DNA from: Bacteroidales bacterium UBA1402
GTDB lineage: Bacteria > Bacteroidota > Bacteroidia > Bacteroidales > UBA1402
DNA: 64,000 nt
Reading direction: 5' to 3'
NCBI GenBank assembly: GCA_002305085.1
Contig: DBQE01000018.1
Location: 1,552 to 65,551 of the forward strand
Part shown: one piece after another, positions 47,158-56,370 of the stretch
How the letters are laid out: every line of letters begins with the position of its first letter
Numbering within the stretch: position 1 is the stretch's first letter
The notes under the pieces: generated by a model
Databases searched by the model: none
What the model was told of the DNA's origin: nothing
What the model saw: the letters and a program-made list of their open reading frames with translations, nothing else
Program-made: the position numbers and the translations under genes

Positions 47158-47979
47158 TTATTTTTTTGTCTTGGTTACCTCAATCTTAACCAGCATATCA
47201 AGCAGAGATATGGATGAATCTTCCATTTCGTTTACAATGCCGTCAATTTTGGAAAGGATGTAGTTATAGAACACTTGCAGAATCATAGCCGAAATCAAAC
47301 CGTAAACAGTTGTGATCAAGGCAACTTTCATACCTCCGGCAACAATGGTGGGAGAGATATCGCCAACCTGTTGGATTTTATCAAAGGCCTGGATCATACC
47401 GATAACAGTACCAAGGAATCCTAAGGAAGGAGACAGGGCGATAAACAAAGAAATCCAGGGAAGGTTGCGTTCCATTAATCCGGTTTGTACTCCACCGTAC
47501 GAAATAATAGACTTCTCTGCCAATTCAACACCTTCGTCCATACGGAGCAATCCCTGATAGAAGATAGATGCAATAGGACCTCGGGTATTTTTGCAGATTT
47601 CCTTGGCTTTTTCCATGTCTTTGTCGACCATCAAGGCTTGTTCCACTTTACTCAGTAGTTGCTTGGTATCGATTTCAGAAAGATTCAGGTAAATGATACG
47701 CTCAATAGCGAAAGCCAAGCCCAGAATTAAAACTAAAGAGATGAAGCTCATAAAGAAAGCGTCACCTTCGATGTATTTAATTTTGAGGGCCTTGTATACT
47801 CCTCCTATGGTAGAAGTTTCCTCTGCTACTACTGCTTCTGCTTCTTCTTCAATAACAGTAGAGTCGGGTGCGGCCAGGGCGCTGTCGGGGGTTTGAGGAG
47901 CATCCTGAGCCCATGCGAGCGGGGCTGTGCTGAACGTAAGCATACCTACTAGTGCCAAAAGTGCAAATAACTTTTTCAT
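47158..47979 (-). CDS. exbB: MotA/TolQ/ExbB proton-channel protein
   Basis: 273 aa. Signal-like N-terminus, conserved C-terminal channel region LGFLGTVIGMIQAF...ALITTVYGL. Confidence 0.85.
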   Translation of the reverse strand: MKKLFALLALVGMLTFSTAPLAWAQDAPQTPDSALAAPDSTVIEEEAEAVVAEETSTIGGVYKALKIKYIEGDAFFMSFISLVLILGLAFAIERIIYLNLSEIDTKQLLSKVEQALMVDKDMEKAKEICKNTRGPIASIFYQGLLRMDEGVELAEKSIISYGGVQTGLMERNLPWISLFIALSPSLGFLGTVIGMIQAFDKIQQVGDISPTIVAGGMKVALITTVYGLISAMILQVFYNYILSKIDGIVNEMEDSSISLLDMLVKIEVTKTKK

Positions 47980-48043
47980 TGTTCGATGATTTAAAGATTA
48001 AGTTAAAACGTTTTAATTATCTAGTTATTAAATACTTGCAATT

Positions 48044-48136
48044 TGGCGGAGAAAGCGGGATTCGAACCCGCGATACGATTCCACACCGTATACACGCTTT
48101 CCAGGCGTGCCTCTTAAACCACTCGAGCACCTCTCC
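48044..48136 (-). tRNA. tRNA-Ser (anticodon GGA), CCA encoded
   Basis: The reverse complement is GGAGAGGTGCTCGAGTGGTTTAAGAGGCACGCCTGGAAAGCGTG + long variable arm + GCGGGTTCGAATCCCGC TTTCTCC G CCA. Anticodon loop CTGGAAA. Confidence 0.9.
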
Positions 48137-48194
48137 TCGTTCAACAATATTGTTGAATAAAAACGGCGCAAATTACAAAAAAAAAATCAGATAC

Positions 48195-48209
48195 AAGGGC
48201 TTTGCCCTT
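48195..48209 (-). terminator. Possible terminator hairpin after tatD
   Basis: AAGGGC-TTT-GCCCTT hairpin. On the minus strand a T10 tract follows after a 9-nt gap, which is not the ideal geometry. Confidence 0.35.
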
Positions 48210-48215
48210 AGATTT

Positions 48216-48983
48216 TTAATTAAATAAACAATTGGCATTACCTCTACTGATTTTTTTGACCTCTTCCGTGGTTTTTTTGTAGATAAGGGCCAGTTGTTCC
48301 ACTATCAATGGAATGTAGGCGGGCTCGTTGCGTTTTCCTCTGTGAGGAACAGGGCTCAGATAGGGAGCGTCTGTTTCCGTAACAATATGTTGCAAATCTA
48401 TTTCGTTCAAAAATAAGCTTTGAGCGGAATTTTTATAGGTGATACTTCCGTTGATTCCTAAATAAAAACCGCCCTCTTTAGTCAATTCCAGCGCTTGTTC
48501 CAGCGTGCCGGAAAAGCTGTGAAATATTCCTTTGAGTCCTTTATCGTAATAGGGACGAATAATGGGCATCATCTGTTTGAAAGCATCGCGGGTGTGGATA
48601 AGCACGGGCAGGTTAAATTCCAGGGCCCAGTCCAACTGAATACGAAGAGCTTCGAGCTGCTCTTCGAAAAAACTAAGATCCCAATGCCGGTCGAGGCCTA
48701 TTTCACCAATACCGCCGTATTTGCCCGAGAGTAAAGCGCTTCGAATCAGGCTGAGTTCTTCCCGAAAATTGTTTTTTACCTCACAGGGATGCAGGCCGGC
48801 AAACAATCTGAAGAAACCCGGCGCAGGCATTAAATCGTACAAGCGATCCATAGCCCTAAGGCTGTCAGCGTCTATGCCGGGAATCCAGCATTGAATAATG
48901 CCTGCCGCTTGTGCTCTTTTTAAAACCTCTTCAATATCAGTCTGAAATTCAGGCAGGTAAAGATGGGTATGTGTATCAATCAT
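48216..48983 (-). CDS. tatD: TatD-family metal-dependent hydrolase/DNase
   Basis: Start moved to ATG 48983 (MIDTHTHLYLPEF). HxH motif, later IGEIGLD, VLIHTRDA, TETDAPYL. Confidence 0.85.
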   Translation of the reverse strand: MIDTHTHLYLPEFQTDIEEVLKRAQAAGIIQCWIPGIDADSLRAMDRLYDLMPAPGFFRLFAGLHPCEVKNNFREELSLIRSALLSGKYGGIGEIGLDRHWDLSFFEEQLEALRIQLDWALEFNLPVLIHTRDAFKQMMPIIRPYYDKGLKGIFHSFSGTLEQALELTKEGGFYLGINGSITYKNSAQSLFLNEIDLQHIVTETDAPYLSPVPHRGKRNEPAYIPLIVEQLALIYKKTTEEVKKISRGNANCLFN

Positions 48984-49680
48984 CTTTTTTCTTTTTTTCG
49001 TTTTTGCGAAAATAATACACAATACCGTATTTGCTGCATTGCTCGCGTTTATCTTCGTCACTTCTGTTTTTGAAGTGATCTTCGACCTGATCCCATATAT
49101 CCAGAATTATGGCATCTGCATTTTCTCTGAGACGGGCCAGTTTGCCAAGCGAACGCGAAGTATTCTGCTGGAGAATTTTTTGAGAAATTTTAGCCTCTAC
49201 AAAGTTGTCGTAAAACACTTTAACTTTGGCGATGGAAGGATTGTAAATGGGAGCGCCTCCCCTACGGATACGTTCGTTTTCCCCTTCGATGATGTTTTTT
49301 CCCCAGTCGATCAGCGCTTTTTCCGTACTTAAATCAGGAATACTTTGCCGGTTGACATCCAGCCGATAAAGTTTTTTGTGCTCTTTTTTGATTTCGTTGC
49401 GCAAGACGCTCAGATTGAGTACCTGTATAAAATGAGAAATGTATAATCTAGCTGTTTTGAGGTGAACCAGATAGGATTTGCTACTGGTGGTTTGCCTCTC
49501 CAGATTTATGTTGTATTCGTGATAAGCCTGTTCAATTTGAGACAGAATCAACAGTGCATCGTTTTTGAGTTTGTATGAATAAGCCAAGTCAAGAAAGCCT
49601 ACTAAATCTCCTTGTTTAGTGGCAGCATTCAGAGCGCGTATACGTGCTCTGTCGGTGTTGGGCAATCTTCTGTATGGCAT
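48976..49680 (-). CDS. Conserved hypothetical protein (helical, basic)
   Basis: 234 aa. No motif recognised. Its stop overlaps the tatD start by 8 nt, suggesting co-translation. Confidence 0.5.
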   Translation of the reverse strand: MPYRRLPNTDRARIRALNAATKQGDLVGFLDLAYSYKLKNDALLILSQIEQAYHEYNINLERQTTSSKSYLVHLKTARLYISHFIQVLNLSVLRNEIKKEHKKLYRLDVNRQSIPDLSTEKALIDWGKNIIEGENERIRRGGAPIYNPSIAKVKVFYDNFVEAKISQKILQQNTSRSLGKLARLRENADAIILDIWDQVEDHFKNRSDEDKREQCSKYGIVYYFRKNEKKKKDD

Positions 49681-49697
49681 AATCGGACAAAAATTTA

Positions 49698-50675
49698 TTA
49701 TACTTGGCGGTAGGTCAGTTTCCCGGCCAGTTCGCTCAATGTAACTAAACGCTTTTTGTCGAGATCCAGGCTCTCGAGTGCTTTAAGGGCAGACTGCCGG
49801 TGATCCAGCATCTGTTGTTCACAACTTTCTCTGGCCCCCAGCCGGTTGTAAAAACGGGTTACCATTTTTATTTTTTCCTCCCTGTCCATGTAGTTGCTCT
49901 TCATGCAATTCAAAAAGAGGCTGCGTGTATGATTGTCAGCTGTCTCAATGGAATGTATCCAGAGAAAAGTTTTTTTATTATTGACAATGTCACCGCCTAT
50001 GGCTTTACCGAAAATATCCGGATCTCCGTACACATCCAGTAAGTCGTCCCGAATTTGAAAGGCTATGCCGAGGTGAATACCGAAGTCGTAAAGAAAATCA
50101 GCCTCGTTGTCAGGCGCTCCTCCCACGATGGCACCCAGTTTTAAGCTACATCCCAGTAGAACAGCCGTTTTGAGCCTAACCATTTCGATGTAATCTTCTT
50201 TGCGGACGTTGTCGAGCACTTCAAAGTTCATGTCCAGCTGCTGACCTTCGCACACTTCTCTGGCTGTTTGATTAAACAGGTCCAGGCAATCTTTGAGTTT
50301 GTCTTCGGGAGCCAGTGCAATGTGTTGAAAAGCCATGATTTGCAGGGCATCGCCCGAAAGGACAGCCGTGTTTTCGTTCCATTTTGCGTGAACGGTGGCT
50401 TTGTTTCGCCTCATCAGGGAATGGTCCATTAAATCGTCGTGTATCAGCGTAAAGTTATGGAAAAGTTCTACACCAAGCGCCAAAGGCAGTGCTTTTGAAA
50501 GGGCTTCTTCGTTGTACAGGTTGCAAGCCGAGAGGCAAAGCAGGGGCCTCAGACGTTTCCCTCCCAGCGAAAGGACGTATTTCAGTGGTTCGTATAAACC
50601 CGAAGGTCGATCAGGAAAATCGATTTCCCGGATACCATTTTGTATTAATGTTCTGATTTCCTGAATACTTTTCAT
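49698..50675 (-). CDS. Polyprenyl diphosphate synthase (trans-isoprenyl diphosphate synthase family)
   Basis: Start moved to ATG 50675 (MKSIQEIR...). First DDxxD (LIHDDLMD) and second DDxxD (QIRDDLLD) motifs. Confidence 0.85.
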   Translation of the reverse strand: MKSIQEIRTLIQNGIREIDFPDRPSGLYEPLKYVLSLGGKRLRPLLCLSACNLYNEEALSKALPLALGVELFHNFTLIHDDLMDHSLMRRNKATVHAKWNENTAVLSGDALQIMAFQHIALAPEDKLKDCLDLFNQTAREVCEGQQLDMNFEVLDNVRKEDYIEMVRLKTAVLLGCSLKLGAIVGGAPDNEADFLYDFGIHLGIAFQIRDDLLDVYGDPDIFGKAIGGDIVNNKKTFLWIHSIETADNHTRSLFLNCMKSNYMDREEKIKMVTRFYNRLGARESCEQQMLDHRQSALKALESLDLDKKRLVTLSELAGKLTYRQV

Positions 50676-50768
50676 GTTTTTATAAAGTAAAAAATAACAC
50701 ACAAAATACATCAAAGGGAAACCTATGTATTTTGTGTGTTATTTATTCTTCGATAGGTGTGTAATCTA

Positions 50769-51452
50769 CTACTGTAATTTGAAGATTATAGGCAGAGTAT
50801 AACGTACACGTACGGGTTTTCCCCTTTGTTTGCCGGGTTTCCAGTCGGGCATCATGCTGATTACTCTTGTGGCTTCGCGGTCGAGGTTGGGGTCAACCGA
50901 GCGGATCACCTGAATATCAGAAACCTTTCCGCGTCCATCGATAACAAAGGTACAAATAACACGGCCGGATATGCCGTTTTCCAACGCAAGCTGCGGGTAT
51001 CTCAAGTTATCGTTGATGAATTTCATCAGTGCTGATTCTCCTCCGGGGAAGCCGGGCATTTCTTCAACAAACATGAAAACTTCGCCATCGGGGTCGTATT
51101 CTTCTGTAATATCACCGCTGCCGTATGTCATAACAATCGCCTCGTCAGGAAAATCTTCTATGGAAGCCCATTCAACTTCTTCTTCCAGAGTATTATCCTC
51201 AACAATCTGAATAAGGTCAGAGTGTACAGTTTGAGGTGGAGGGGGAGGCGGGGGGATGTATTGCCTGGTAATTTCTATCATTATCTCCTCTTCGATTTCA
51301 CCTGACTGAGTGTAAATGTCCTGAACCGTAACTTCGGTGTTGGAGTACTCGAATCCGATGAAAAGGAAGCCCAAAGCAATGACCAGCCCCATCAAAAAAT
51401 TGTTGGTGGAGTTTTTGTCAAGATCGGCTCTTGCTGATTTTTTTACTTGCAT
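50769..51452 (-). CDS. tonB: Energy transducer TonB
   Basis: 227 aa. N-terminal TM anchor, Pro-rich spacer YIPPPPPPPQ, C-terminal TonB domain (FPGGESALMKFINDNLRYP...GRVICTFVIDGRGKVSDIQV). Confidence 0.85.
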   Translation of the reverse strand: MQVKKSARADLDKNSTNNFLMGLVIALGFLFIGFEYSNTEVTVQDIYTQSGEIEEEIMIEITRQYIPPPPPPPQTVHSDLIQIVEDNTLEEEVEWASIEDFPDEAIVMTYGSGDITEEYDPDGEVFMFVEEMPGFPGGESALMKFINDNLRYPQLALENGISGRVICTFVIDGRGKVSDIQVIRSVDPNLDREATRVISMMPDWKPGKQRGKPVRVRYTLPIIFKLQ

Positions 51453-51490
51453 GGCATTTGATGTAAAAAGATATGGATTCTGTTGACCGA

Positions 51491-51498
51491 CAAAGATA
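51491..51498 (-). promoter_or_regulatory. Bacteroidota -7 box (TATCTTTG) for tonB
   Basis: Plus strand reads CAAAGATA, 39 nt upstream of ATG 51452. Confidence 0.45.
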
Positions 51499-51593
51499 CA
51501 TTTTTTTTAATAAAAAAGAGAAGGCAAATAAAAAAAATCTCTTCAGTTGTTTTCATAAATAAAATTCGAGGCTGCGTTACTATGGAAATTTAC

Positions 51594-51601
51594 TACCTTT
51601 G
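51594..51601 (+). promoter_or_regulatory. Bacteroidota -7 box (TACCTTTG) for the porQ-cmk-ispH block
   Basis: Exact TAnnTTTG match 21 nt upstream of ATG 51623. It also argues against the tracked TTG start at 51599. Confidence 0.45.
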
Positions 51602-51622
51602 ACGGTTCTAAAACCGGGAATT

Positions 51623-52612
51623 ATGCGACGCAGGTTGCTTGTGCTTTTAATGCTCACGGCCGCTTTGTTAAGAACACAGGCCGGGGAAGGTGTTTATCGC
51701 TTCCTGACCTTGCCCGTGTCTTCTTATGCTGCAGGCCTGGGAGGCACAGTGCTTTCTTCTCCCGAAAACGATTTGAATTTAAGCTTACACAATCCGGCAG
51801 CCCTTTCCGGCGAAATGCACAACCAATTGGCTTTGGGCTATATGAATTACGTAGCCGATATTCACCTTGGGACAGCGGCCTATGCTCGCAAGATTAATGA
51901 AAGAAGTATTTGGTCGGCAGCTTTACGTTATGTGGATTACGGGCGCATAATTAGTGCCGGAGACAACCTGCCCGAGGGTGAATTTTTTGTCAAAGACATG
52001 GCCATGAGCGGAGGCTACGCTTTTATGCTTTCTCCTTGTTGGAGGGCAGGCGCCGGCATGCATCTGGTTTATTCGGTGCTGGAACATTATACTTCTTTGG
52101 GTGTGGCTGTAGATCTGGGTATTCAATACGCCAATCCGGAACAAAAAATCTGGGCGGGTTTTACGCTCAAAAACCTTGGATCGCAGTTCAAGCCTTACGA
52201 TGAGAGCTACGAAGCATTGCCCTGGGATGTCCAGTTGGGTTTTACCAAGGGCTTGTTGCATGCTCCTTTCCGTTTTACCCTTACTGCCTGGGGATTCAAC
52301 GCCTGGTCCTACCCTTACTTAGAGGGGACTACGGGACAGGTAGTAAACAACGATAATTTTGTTGAAAAGGCTTTCAAACACTTGTTGATAGGTTTGGAAT
52401 TTGTGCCCTCCGATAATTTTCAACTCAGCCTGGGATACAACGTCCGGCGTAAATCTGAATTATCGCTGGCTCAACGGACTATTTTGACCGGTTTTACTGC
52501 AGGATTTTCCATGTCTGTGCGAAAACTGCGCATAGGAGCTTCTTTTGCTCAATACCATATTGCCGGCAATACTTTACAAATGACCCTTTCTACCAATCTG
52601 GGTATCTTTTAA
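51623..52612 (+). CDS. porQ: PorQ-like type IX secretion system outer-membrane beta-barrel protein
   Basis: Start moved to ATG 51623 (MRRRLLVLLMLTAALLRTQA signal). YRFLTLPVSSYAAGLGG start and beta-strand periodicity. The position upstream of cmk matches what I recall for PorQ loci. Needs an HMM check. Confidence 0.55.
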   Translation: MRRRLLVLLMLTAALLRTQAGEGVYRFLTLPVSSYAAGLGGTVLSSPENDLNLSLHNPAALSGEMHNQLALGYMNYVADIHLGTAAYARKINERSIWSAALRYVDYGRIISAGDNLPEGEFFVKDMAMSGGYAFMLSPCWRAGAGMHLVYSVLEHYTSLGVAVDLGIQYANPEQKIWAGFTLKNLGSQFKPYDESYEALPWDVQLGFTKGLLHAPFRFTLTAWGFNAWSYPYLEGTTGQVVNNDNFVEKAFKHLLIGLEFVPSDNFQLSLGYNVRRKSELSLAQRTILTGFTAGFSMSVRKLRIGASFAQYHIAGNTLQMTLSTNLGIF

Positions 52613-52615
52613 GCA

Positions 52616-53317
52616 ATGGAAAAACGAATTATTGTGGCCATCGATGGTCATTCTTCGAGCGGTAAAAGTTCTATGGCCAGACAATTGGCGCAGAAACAAA
52701 ACTATCTCTACATCGACAGCGGAGCTATGTACAGAGCTGTGGCCTTGTATTGCCTCAGAAAGGGCTGGATCAAGGGCACGCTTTTGGATCGGGAGGCTTT
52801 GGTTGAAGGACTGAAAGACATCACCATTAGTTTTAGCACTACGGACAAAGGCCTTCCCCGTATTTGTCTTAATGGCGAAGAGGTCGAAAACGAAATCAGG
52901 GGTATGGAAGTTTCCGGAGTCGTCAGCCTGGTCAGTGCTGTGCCCGAGGTTAGATCTTATCTGGTTGATATTCAGCGTTCATTGGCTGAAAACAAGGGCG
53001 TAGTAATGGACGGGCGCGATATTGGCACAGCCGTTTTCCCCGAAGCCGAATTGAAGATTTTTCTAACGGCATCTGCCGATGTTCGTGCCGAAAGACGTTA
53101 TCTGGAATTGAAAGAGAAAGGTATGGAAGCCAGTTACGAGGAAATTCTCCATAACATAGAAATGCGCGACCGAATGGACTTGAACCGGACAATCAGCCCT
53201 TTGCGCAAAGCCGACGATGCCATTGAACTGGATAACGGCCGGATGAGTATCGAAGAGCAAAATGCCTGGTTGGAAGCTCGTTTTAATGAAGCGGTGTATG
53301 GCAAGAATCGAAATTGA
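52616..53317 (+). CDS. cmk: (d)CMP kinase
   Basis: 233 aa. P-loop IAIDGHSSSGKSS, YIDSGAMYRA, DGRDIGT. Confidence 0.9.
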   Translation: MEKRIIVAIDGHSSSGKSSMARQLAQKQNYLYIDSGAMYRAVALYCLRKGWIKGTLLDREALVEGLKDITISFSTTDKGLPRICLNGEEVENEIRGMEVSGVVSLVSAVPEVRSYLVDIQRSLAENKGVVMDGRDIGTAVFPEAELKIFLTASADVRAERRYLELKEKGMEASYEEILHNIEMRDRMDLNRTISPLRKADDAIELDNGRMSIEEQNAWLEARFNEAVYGKNRN

Positions 53318-54191
53318 TAAACATTCGGGTTATTGTTTTGGCGTGGTCAAAGCCATTGCCAAGGCCGAGGAGCACCTGTACAGCAAAGAAGAACTTTATT
53401 GCCTGGGCGATATTGTGCACAACAATATGGAGGTAAAACGCCTCGAAAAAAAAGGCATGAAAACCGTCCATTACGAGGAGTTTGCCGGCCTGAAAAACAA
53501 AAAAATTCTGATTCGCGCTCACGGCGAGCCGCCTTCTACCTATAAAACGGCTGAACGGCAGGGCTTGGAATTGGTCGATGCCACCTGCCCGGTAGTTTTA
53601 AACCTGCAAAAAAGGGTGTCTAAAGCCTATCAGGAGCACAAAAACGATGGAACGCAAATCCTGATTTTCGGCAAACCCGGTCATGCCGAAGTAAACGGTT
53701 TGGTGGGCCAAACCCAAAATACGGCCATAGTGGTGGAACACTTAGCCGACTTGGTAAAGGTCGATCTCGACAGGCCCGTCATCATGTTTTCGCAAACCAC
53801 CAAATCGCTCGAGGAGTATCGTCAGCTTGTTGAGGCAATAACGGCCGGAATAAACCCTGCCGTCGGCTTTGAACATTACGATACCATTTGCCGGCATATG
53901 TCCGGCCGGGTGCTTCAAGTCAGAGATTTTGCAGCGGCCAACGATCTGGTTTTTTTTGTAAGCGACGCAAAAAGCTCCAACGGGAAATCACTCTATGAGG
54001 CCTGCAAGGAGGTGAATGACAACACCTATTTCATCTCAAGTCCCGGCGAGGTTCGTACGATTGATGTAGCAGGATTTCAGCGTATAGGAATCAGCGGAGC
54101 CACCTCTACTCCACGCTGGCTGATGGAAGAAGTCCGTCGGGAAATTGAAAAGAAGCTTCAAGTTTCAGGCGAAAGTACTCAGGAGTTGTAG
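53298..54191 (+). CDS. ispH: 4-hydroxy-3-methylbut-2-enyl diphosphate reductase
   Basis: Start moved to ATG 53298 (MARIEIDKHSGYCFGV). Cys ligand contexts GYCFGV, DATCP, TICRH. IGISGATSTP. Confidence 0.88.
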   Translation: MARIEIDKHSGYCFGVVKAIAKAEEHLYSKEELYCLGDIVHNNMEVKRLEKKGMKTVHYEEFAGLKNKKILIRAHGEPPSTYKTAERQGLELVDATCPVVLNLQKRVSKAYQEHKNDGTQILIFGKPGHAEVNGLVGQTQNTAIVVEHLADLVKVDLDRPVIMFSQTTKSLEEYRQLVEAITAGINPAVGFEHYDTICRHMSGRVLQVRDFAAANDLVFFVSDAKSSNGKSLYEACKEVNDNTYFISSPGEVRTIDVAGFQRIGISGATSTPRWLMEEVRREIEKKLQVSGESTQEL

Positions 54192-55264
54192 TAAAAATCG
54201 AGGAGTTCGCGGGCAGCGCTGAAGGGAGTTTTTTTGTTACTCAGGACTTCCTGTTCTTTCTCCCGGAGCATTGCAGCCATCTCCGGTTTGTGATAGAAAT
54301 GGTTTCTGAGCGATTCGTCGATGCTTTGCCGCATCCAGTAAATACTTTGTTGAGTGCGTCTTTGCTCAAAACTGCCATTGGTTTTGAAGAGTTCGATATG
54401 CTTGTTTACCATTTCGATAACTTCGGCAACACCCGACAACTGCTGGGCCGAATAGCATAACACCTGTGGGCGCACCCCCGAGTCGGGCATGGGGAAAAGC
54501 TTCAGCGCACTACGGTACTGAGCGGCCGCCAAATTGGCCCGGTCGATGTTGTTGCCGTCGGCTTTGTTGATCACAATGCCGTCGGACATTTCCATAATGC
54601 CCCGTTTGATGCCCTGCAATTCGTCGCCGGCTCCGGCAATTTGAATCAGCAGAAAGAAATCGACCATGGAATGTACCGCTGTTTCCGATTGTCCGACCCC
54701 CACGGTTTCTACAAAAATAGTGTCGAAGCCCGCCGCTTCGCAAAGCACAATACTTTCCCTGGTTTTGCGGGCTACACCGCCCAGAGATCCCCCCGTGGGC
54801 GAAGGCCTAACAAAAGCTTTGGGTTCCACCGACAGGGCTTCCATTCTGGTTTTATCTCCCAGAATGCTCCCTTTGCTGCGTTCACTGCTGGGATCTATGG
54901 CCAGCACGGCTAATTTCCGGCCTTGCCGGATCAGCTCCATTCCAAATGCCTCGATAGAAGTGCTTTTGCCCGCTCCGGGAACTCCGGTAATACCCCAGCG
55001 TACGGAACGGCCGGCGTAGGGCAGGCAACGCTCAATTATTTCGTGAGCCGTTTCCTGATGATCGGGTCTCAAACTTTCGATAAGCGTTACAGCCTGACTC
55101 AGGATGACATTGTTGCCGGCCAGTATTCCCTGTACGTATTCCTCGACGGAGTATTGTTTTCTCGGACTTCTTTTCGTTGAATACGGATTGATGATAGGGG
55201 GCTGGTCTATTCCTTTGTTTACTGTCAAACCCCGGTACCGGGCGTCGTTTTCGGGGTGTTTCAT
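54179..55264 (-). CDS. meaB: Methylmalonyl-CoA mutase-associated GTPase MeaB/ArgK family
   Basis: 361 aa. GVPGAGKST P-loop, ETVGVGQSE, INKADG. The 3' end overlaps the convergent ispH by 13 nt. Confidence 0.85.
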   Translation of the reverse strand: MKHPENDARYRGLTVNKGIDQPPIINPYSTKRSPRKQYSVEEYVQGILAGNNVILSQAVTLIESLRPDHQETAHEIIERCLPYAGRSVRWGITGVPGAGKSTSIEAFGMELIRQGRKLAVLAIDPSSERSKGSILGDKTRMEALSVEPKAFVRPSPTGGSLGGVARKTRESIVLCEAAGFDTIFVETVGVGQSETAVHSMVDFFLLIQIAGAGDELQGIKRGIMEMSDGIVINKADGNNIDRANLAAAQYRSALKLFPMPDSGVRPQVLCYSAQQLSGVAEVIEMVNKHIELFKTNGSFEQRRTQQSIYWMRQSIDESLRNHFYHKPEMAAMLREKEQEVLSNKKTPFSAARELLDFYYNS

Positions 55265-56370
55265 TTAGCGATGACGTTGACAGTGAGAGGGATTTTAGTT
55301 ACCGGCTGTCTGGGGTCGTTGGTAATAAATTCCAGAGTATAATGCAGGTTCCCGATCAATTTTCCCGCTTCGAAAACAATGCGGACGCGGCTTTCCTTGC
55401 CGGGAGCAATCTCTTTCCGGTCGGCTTTTAACTCTATGCAATTGCAAGTGGCAGTAGCTTTTCTGATTATGAGCGGCTTTTCGCCCAGGTTTTTCAAAAC
55501 CAGTTCGGTAGCTTTTTTTTCTGTGCCCGATATCTTTCCCAAATCTATGGACGTTTGGTTGAAAGATGCTCTGGGCACTTTGTCCAAGGGGCCTGTTCGT
55601 GAAAAGTCCTCCTTAATGTTGGCGCTGACAATTATTATGTTCGCGGGATTTTCCTTTGCTCCGGGATCGGTGACTATATAAAAGAAATCTTGCCTATGTC
55701 CGTAATCCCTGGCTTCTTCGGGGATGTAGTTGATGGTAATTATTCCGGTGTTTCCGTGTTCCAGCCGTGAGTTGGAAATCATAACTCTCATATGAGCGGG
55801 TACTTTGTTGAAACTCAACTCTATAGGGGCCTCGCTTTGATTATACACAGGAATGGTTTCCGTCTTGATGCTTCCTATCAGCACATCTCCCAGAGGAACG
55901 ATGGTTCTTTTGAGCCTGAGGCCGCCCATCGTTTTGGGAAACAAACGTTCTGCATCGTTGTTGTTTGATTCGACCGTACCCCTGATGCTGAGCATTATTA
56001 CCGGATTGGCCGTAGCATTGGAATAAACGGTGATGCTCTTGTTGAAGGGGCCCGGACGGCCTGTGGTGTTGTAAGCTACTTTAATTATGCCTTTCGCTCC
56101 CGGTGCGATAGGAGCTTTGGGATAATCGGGGGTGGTACAACCACAGGAGGCTGTTACACGGCGAATTTCCAAAGGAGCATTGCCTGTGTTGCTGAATTCA
56201 AACTCACAGTGAGCGTAGCCCGATTCTTTGATCGTGCCGTAATCGTGTATTGCCTTTTCGAAGGCAATTTCGGCATAGGGAGCTGTTTGTGCAAACGACC
56301 ATCCGGGGGAAAGCACAAAAAGAAGGCTTATTAGAAAGCCGGAACAAGCATTAATCTTTTTTTCGGACAT
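55261..56370 (-). CDS. DUF1573-domain protein (tandem Ig-like ASCGC-motif domains), secreted
   Basis: Start chosen at ATG 56370 (MSEKKINACSGFLISLLFVLSPGWSFAQ); an alternative is ATG 56403. HDYGTI...FEFSNTGNAPLEIRRVTASCGCT and a second ATCNC copy. Confidence 0.7.
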   Translation of the reverse strand: MSEKKINACSGFLISLLFVLSPGWSFAQTAPYAEIAFEKAIHDYGTIKESGYAHCEFEFSNTGNAPLEIRRVTASCGCTTPDYPKAPIAPGAKGIIKVAYNTTGRPGPFNKSITVYSNATANPVIMLSIRGTVESNNNDAERLFPKTMGGLRLKRTIVPLGDVLIGSIKTETIPVYNQSEAPIELSFNKVPAHMRVMISNSRLEHGNTGIITINYIPEEARDYGHRQDFFYIVTDPGAKENPANIIIVSANIKEDFSRTGPLDKVPRASFNQTSIDLGKISGTEKKATELVLKNLGEKPLIIRKATATCNCIELKADRKEIAPGKESRVRIVFEAGKLIGNLHYTLEFITNDPRQPVTKIPLTVNVIAK

